Below are positions 60,635 to 64,000 of a stretch of DNA of 64,000 nucleotides, in pieces. The notes under the pieces were generated by a model, which had not been told where the DNA came from, made no database searches, and worked only from the letters and a program-made list of their open reading frames with translations. Source of the DNA: Alphaproteobacteria bacterium. Lineage in GTDB: Bacteria > Pseudomonadota > Alphaproteobacteria > JAAXGF01. The stretch is taken from NCBI GenBank assembly GCA_963555825.3, contig CAUVXB020000002.1, forward strand, positions 960,001 through 1,024,000, given 5' to 3'. The position numbers and the translations under genes were made by a program. How positions within the stretch are numbered: position 1 is the stretch's first letter; the number at the start of each line of letters is the position of its first letter.

Positions 60635-61759
60635 CTAGTGTCCCGATTCCGAAGTTCGCATGATTTTCGCCTGCTGTTCAGCGATTTCGATTGTTCGGAG
60701 GCAGAAGCGCTGGATGGCGCCGAGGATGTCATCGGCGGATTTGGTCCATTTGAAGGGTTTGGGGTTCTGGTTTGTCGTGTCGATGTAGTCGAGGATGGTG
60801 CGCTCCAACTCCTTGGTGGAGCGATGGACGCCGCGCCTGATCTGCTTGTCGGTCAGCAGCCCGAACCAGCGCTCGACCTGGTTCAGCCAGGAGGCGCTGG
60901 TGGGTGTGAAATGGGCCTGCCAGCGCGGCCGTTTGGCGAACCAGTCGCGGATCGCCTTGGTCTTGTGGGTCCCGTAGTTGTCCATGACGATGTGGATGTC
61001 GAGATCAGCAGGGACGTTCGCCTCGACGAGGTCGAGGAATTTGCGGAACTCTCGGGCCCGATGGCGCGGGAAACATTTGCCGATGATCTCTCCCGTGGCG
61101 ATGTCGAGGGCCGCGAAGAGAGAGGTCGTGCCGTGGCGCTTGTAGTCGTGGCTGCGCCGCTCCGCCTGCCCGGGGCGCATCGGCAAGAGGGGCTGGGAAC
61201 GGTCCAGGGCCTGGATCTGGCTCTTTTCGTCGACACAGAGAACCAGGGCACGATCCGGCGGCGCCAAATACAGACCGACGATGTCGCGGACCTTCTCCAC
61301 GAAGAAGGGATCGCTCGACAGCTTGAAGGTCTCCGAGCGATGCGGCTGCAAGCCGAAGGCCCGCCAGATGCGATGAATGGTCGAGGGCGCGTGGCCGCTC
61401 GCCCGCGCCATCGAGCGAAGGCTCCAATGGGTCGCGTCCGGCGGCGTCTCTTCCAGCGTCAGCCGGACCGCTTCCGCGATGGCGTCATCGCCGATTTGAC
61501 GCGGCGCGCCGGGGCGGGGTTCGTCGTACAGACCGTCGAGGCCCTCCGCCGCATAGCGGCGACGCCACTTGCCCACGGTGTCCGCGCTCGCCTCGAGACG
61601 AACGGCGATCTCCTTGTTCTCCAACCCTTCCGCCGCCGCCAAGACGATCCGAGCCCGCCGCGCAAGCCCCTGCGACGTCTTGCGACGACGAGACAGCGCC
61701 TCCAATTCGGCGCGCTCGTCATCGCTCAAAGAGATCGTCACCGCCACTCTCGCCATCAA
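60635..61759 (-). CDS. IS630-family transposase
   Basis: Translation identical to 18228..19352. Confidence 0.95.
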   Translation of the reverse strand: MMARVAVTISLSDDERAELEALSRRRKTSQGLARRARIVLAAAEGLENKEIAVRLEASADTVGKWRRRYAAEGLDGLYDEPRPGAPRQIGDDAIAEAVRLTLEETPPDATHWSLRSMARASGHAPSTIHRIWRAFGLQPHRSETFKLSSDPFFVEKVRDIVGLYLAPPDRALVLCVDEKSQIQALDRSQPLLPMRPGQAERRSHDYKRHGTTSLFAALDIATGEIIGKCFPRHRAREFRKFLDLVEANVPADLDIHIVMDNYGTHKTKAIRDWFAKRPRWQAHFTPTSASWLNQVERWFGLLTDKQIRRGVHRSTKELERTILDYIDTTNQNPKPFKWTKSADDILGAIQRFCLRTIEIAEQQAKIMRTSESGH

Positions 61760-61816
61760 TCGCGCCTCCTAAAAACAAATAGAGACATAATCATATCAAT
61801 TTATCGATCAGGACAC
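60638..61816 (-). mobile_element. IS630-family element (copy 2)
   Basis: 1179 bp, CTAG target, inverted relative to copy 1. Confidence 0.93.
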
Positions 61817-61857
61817 TAGCCCGTGCGCGCGTGGGTGTTCGACTCTGTTTCGCTTTC

Positions 61858-61932
61858 TTAGCCATTCGCCGCCGCGGCCTTACGCATCTCGAGGATACGC
61901 TCGTAGGCGTCATTAATCCGCATCATACGTGA
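61858..61932 (-). pseudogene. C-terminal stub of J-domain (DjlA-like) protein cut by IS21
   Basis: RMMRINDAYERIL resembles the J-domain INxAYExL helix; begins at the IS21 end. Confidence 0.55.
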
Positions 61933-62123
61933 TGTCAATGGCGGAGCAAAAAGGGACCACCTCGGCGGTGTAAGAAGGGACCGCTTGGCGGCTGCGGGCT
62001 TGTCCCCGTAGTCCACGGGAGGGCCCCGCGCGCGACGCGGCGTGCCCTCAACAGGCTGACGCGGCGGCGCGCGCGGGAGGGACCTGTGGGCCCACGGGGT
62101 CAAGCGTGGGCTGGGTGGTCGGT

Positions 62124-62888
62124 TCAGTTAGCAGTCGGGGTTTGACGCCTGCGGCTCTGGTTGAGCCTGTAGCTGTCACCGTTCATCTCGAGGATGTTGA
62201 CGTGGTGGGTGAGGCGATCGAGGAGCGCGCCGGTGAGGCGCTCGGAGCCGAACACCTCGGTCCATTCGTCGAAGGGCAGATTGGTAGTGACCAGGGTCGA
62301 GCCCCGCTCGTAGCGTTGGCTGAACACCTCGAACAACAGCTCGGCGCCGGTCTTCGACAGCGGCACGAAGCCGAGTTCGTCGACGATCAGAAGCTTGTAG
62401 GTGGCGAGCTTCTTCTGGAACCTCAGCAGCTGCTTGTCATCGCGGGCCTCGATGAGTTCGTGGACCAGCGCGGCGGCGGTGATGAAGCCGACCGAGAGGC
62501 CCTTCTGGCAGGCCGCCAGGCCGAGACCGAGGGCGATGTGGGTCTTGCCGGTCCCACTGTTGCCGAGCGCGATGAGGTTCTCGCGGCGCTCGATGTACTC
62601 GCAGCGGGCCAGCTCCAGGACCAGCGCCTTGTTGAGCGAGGGGATGACCTTGAAGTCGAAGCTGTCGAGGCTCTTGACCACGGGGAAGCGCGCCGCCTTG
62701 ATGCGCCGCTCGACCATGCGGCGCTCGCGGTCGATCAGCTCGAGCTCGGCGAGTCTCAACAGGTAGCGGACGTGATCGACGCCTTCCGAGGCGCACTGCC
62801 GGGCGATCTTGTCGTACTCGCGCAGGAAGGTCGGCAGCTTCAGCGTCTTGAGGTGGTGGGCGAGCAGCACTTGCGGTGTGTCGGTCAT
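62124..62888 (-). CDS. istB: IS21 helper ATPase
   Basis: GNSGTGKTH Walker A, LLIVDELG, TTNLPF, LLDRLTHH. Confidence 0.95.
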   Translation of the reverse strand: MTDTPQVLLAHHLKTLKLPTFLREYDKIARQCASEGVDHVRYLLRLAELELIDRERRMVERRIKAARFPVVKSLDSFDFKVIPSLNKALVLELARCEYIERRENLIALGNSGTGKTHIALGLGLAACQKGLSVGFITAAALVHELIEARDDKQLLRFQKKLATYKLLIVDELGFVPLSKTGAELLFEVFSQRYERGSTLVTTNLPFDEWTEVFGSERLTGALLDRLTHHVNILEMNGDSYRLNQSRRRQTPTAN

Positions 62889-64000
62889 GCGCCGAGCCCC
62901 GACAGCAGGCTCATGTACGACTTGGCGGACGTCATCGCGACCCGGGCGCGCGGCAGATACGGATAGACGTCGAGGTTGAGCCTGGGCGGCCGCCGCTCGA
63001 TGCGGCACAGTACCAGGTGCTTCACCGCATCAAAGCCGATTGCGCCGAGCCGCAGGGCGTCGCCGACCGCACCCTCGACCTCCTCGAGCCGGAAGGTCTC
63101 CAGTAGACGGAGCACCTGGACGTACTCGCGCTTGCCTGCCTTGCCCATACGAGCTTCGAGGAGCCGCCGCAGAGTGATGAAGGCCTCGGGCAGGTCCCAG
63201 CCCGCCAATGGCGCGGCCTGGTCGAGGGCGCCGATCTTCTGCTCGATCAAGGGCAGGTAATGCAGCGGGTCGAAGATCAGGTCCTCGCTGTCGTAGGACC
63301 GGCGGTGCCGGGCGATCACCTCGGCCCCGCAGCTGATCACCACCTCATCGACGTAGCCCCGGATGAGCACCTCACGGTGGCCGTAGGCCACGGGCACGGA
63401 ATAGTCGTTGCTGCGGTAACGCACCAGCGACAGCGAACTCGCCCGTCCAGGGCGCTTATCGCAGGCATCATAGGGAGCAGGCGGCAATGGCAAGAGAACT
63501 TGACGATCCCGCTCGAGACGCTCGCCGATGGTCTCCTTGTGGCCCCGCAGCCGCGCCGCCTGGCGCCGGCGGCACTGTTCGGCGAGAGCATCGTTGAGGG
63601 CCGCGAAGCTCTCGGCACGCGGGACGGGGACCAGGAAGTTCCGCCGGATGAAGCCGACCAGTCCCTCGACCTTGCCCTTGTCGTTGCCCTTGCCCGGCCG
63701 GCCGAACCTGTCCTCGAACAGATAGTGGGACTGAAGCTCCGTGAAGACGCGCGTTCGCTGCCGCTTCCCATCGCCCAGGATCCGGGCAACCGCCAGCTTG
63801 GTGTTGTCGTACAGGATGGATCGGGGGACGCCGCCGAAGAAGGCAAACGCCGCGTTGTGGCCATCGCAGAATGCTTCGGTCGTCTCCGCCGGATAGGCCG
63901 CAACAAAGCAACCATCACTGTGGGGAAGGTCGAAGGCAAGGAAGTGGATCTTCCGTAACGCGCCGCCGATCACCGCCATCGCTTCGCCGAAGTCCGCCTG
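62885..64000 (-). CDS. istA: IS21 transposase (5' part outside window)
   Basis: QADFGEA, YDNTK, KGKVEGLVG, YSVP. Confidence 0.93.
   Translation of the reverse strand, partial: QADFGEAMAVIGGALRKIHFLAFDLPHSDGCFVAAYPAETTEAFCDGHNAAFAFFGGVPRSILYDNTKLAVARILGDGKRQRTRVFTELQSHYLFEDRFGRPGKGNDKGKVEGLVGFIRRNFLVPVPRAESFAALNDALAEQCRRRQAARLRGHKETIGERLERDRQVLLPLPPAPYDACDKRPGRASSLSLVRYRSNDYSVPVAYGHREVLIRGYVDEVVISCGAEVIARHRRSYDSEDLIFDPLHYLPLIEQKIGALDQAAPLAGWDLPEAFITLRRLLEARMGKAGKREYVQVLRLLETFRLEEVEGAVGDALRLGAIGFDAVKHLVLCRIERRPPRLNLDVYPYLPRARVAMTSAKSYMSLLSGLGA

Larger units (their letters stand above)
61933..64000 (-). mobile_element. IS21-family element (partial)
   Basis: End TGTCAATGGCGG with repeated AGGGACC(A/G)C subterminal motifs; istA-istB pair. 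Confidence 0.9.

Overview
High-GC alphaproteobacterial chromosome segment (Rhodospirillales-like gene order). Core or metabolic genes: tRNA-Ala(GGC), a probable gamma-butyrobetaine/carnitine CoA-pathway cluster, aldehyde dehydrogenase, sulfatase, ada/alkA-ogt-AlkB-like repair genes, a NatAB-like ABC exporter, tRNA-Arg(CCG), a cold-shock gene, a kinase-PLP enzyme fusion, tsaD, hemC-hemD-mitofilin-like-hemY-like and tRNA-Thr(CGT). Four accessory regions interrupt this backbone: a binding protein/PP2C-kinase/STAS signalling module (7.5-15.5 kb), a low-GC islet (21.9-25 kb), a decayed tRNA-Arg island with a 46-bp att duplication (34.4-39.9 kb) and an IS-saturated region after tRNA-Thr (51-64 kb). 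About 14 IS elements (IS3/IS481-like, IS3, IS256, IS630, IS1182, IS110/IS1111, IS21) and three MITE/REPIN-like elements are present. Main finding: when the IS elements at 51.3-60.2 kb are removed by hand, one regularly spaced array remains. It consists of degenerate 24/25-nt GTC...GAC palindromic units separated by unique spacers of exactly 22 or 36 nt (154-bp period), with small cargo genes between or beside array segments. All five IS insertions there, plus a MITE at 7.3 kb, sit inside the 24-nt unit type, and short versions of the same array bracket the signalling module. Also notable is a Rieske-type oxygenase gene that lacks its entire [2Fe-2S]-binding segment in frame. All family calls come from motif recognition by eye; no database search was run.
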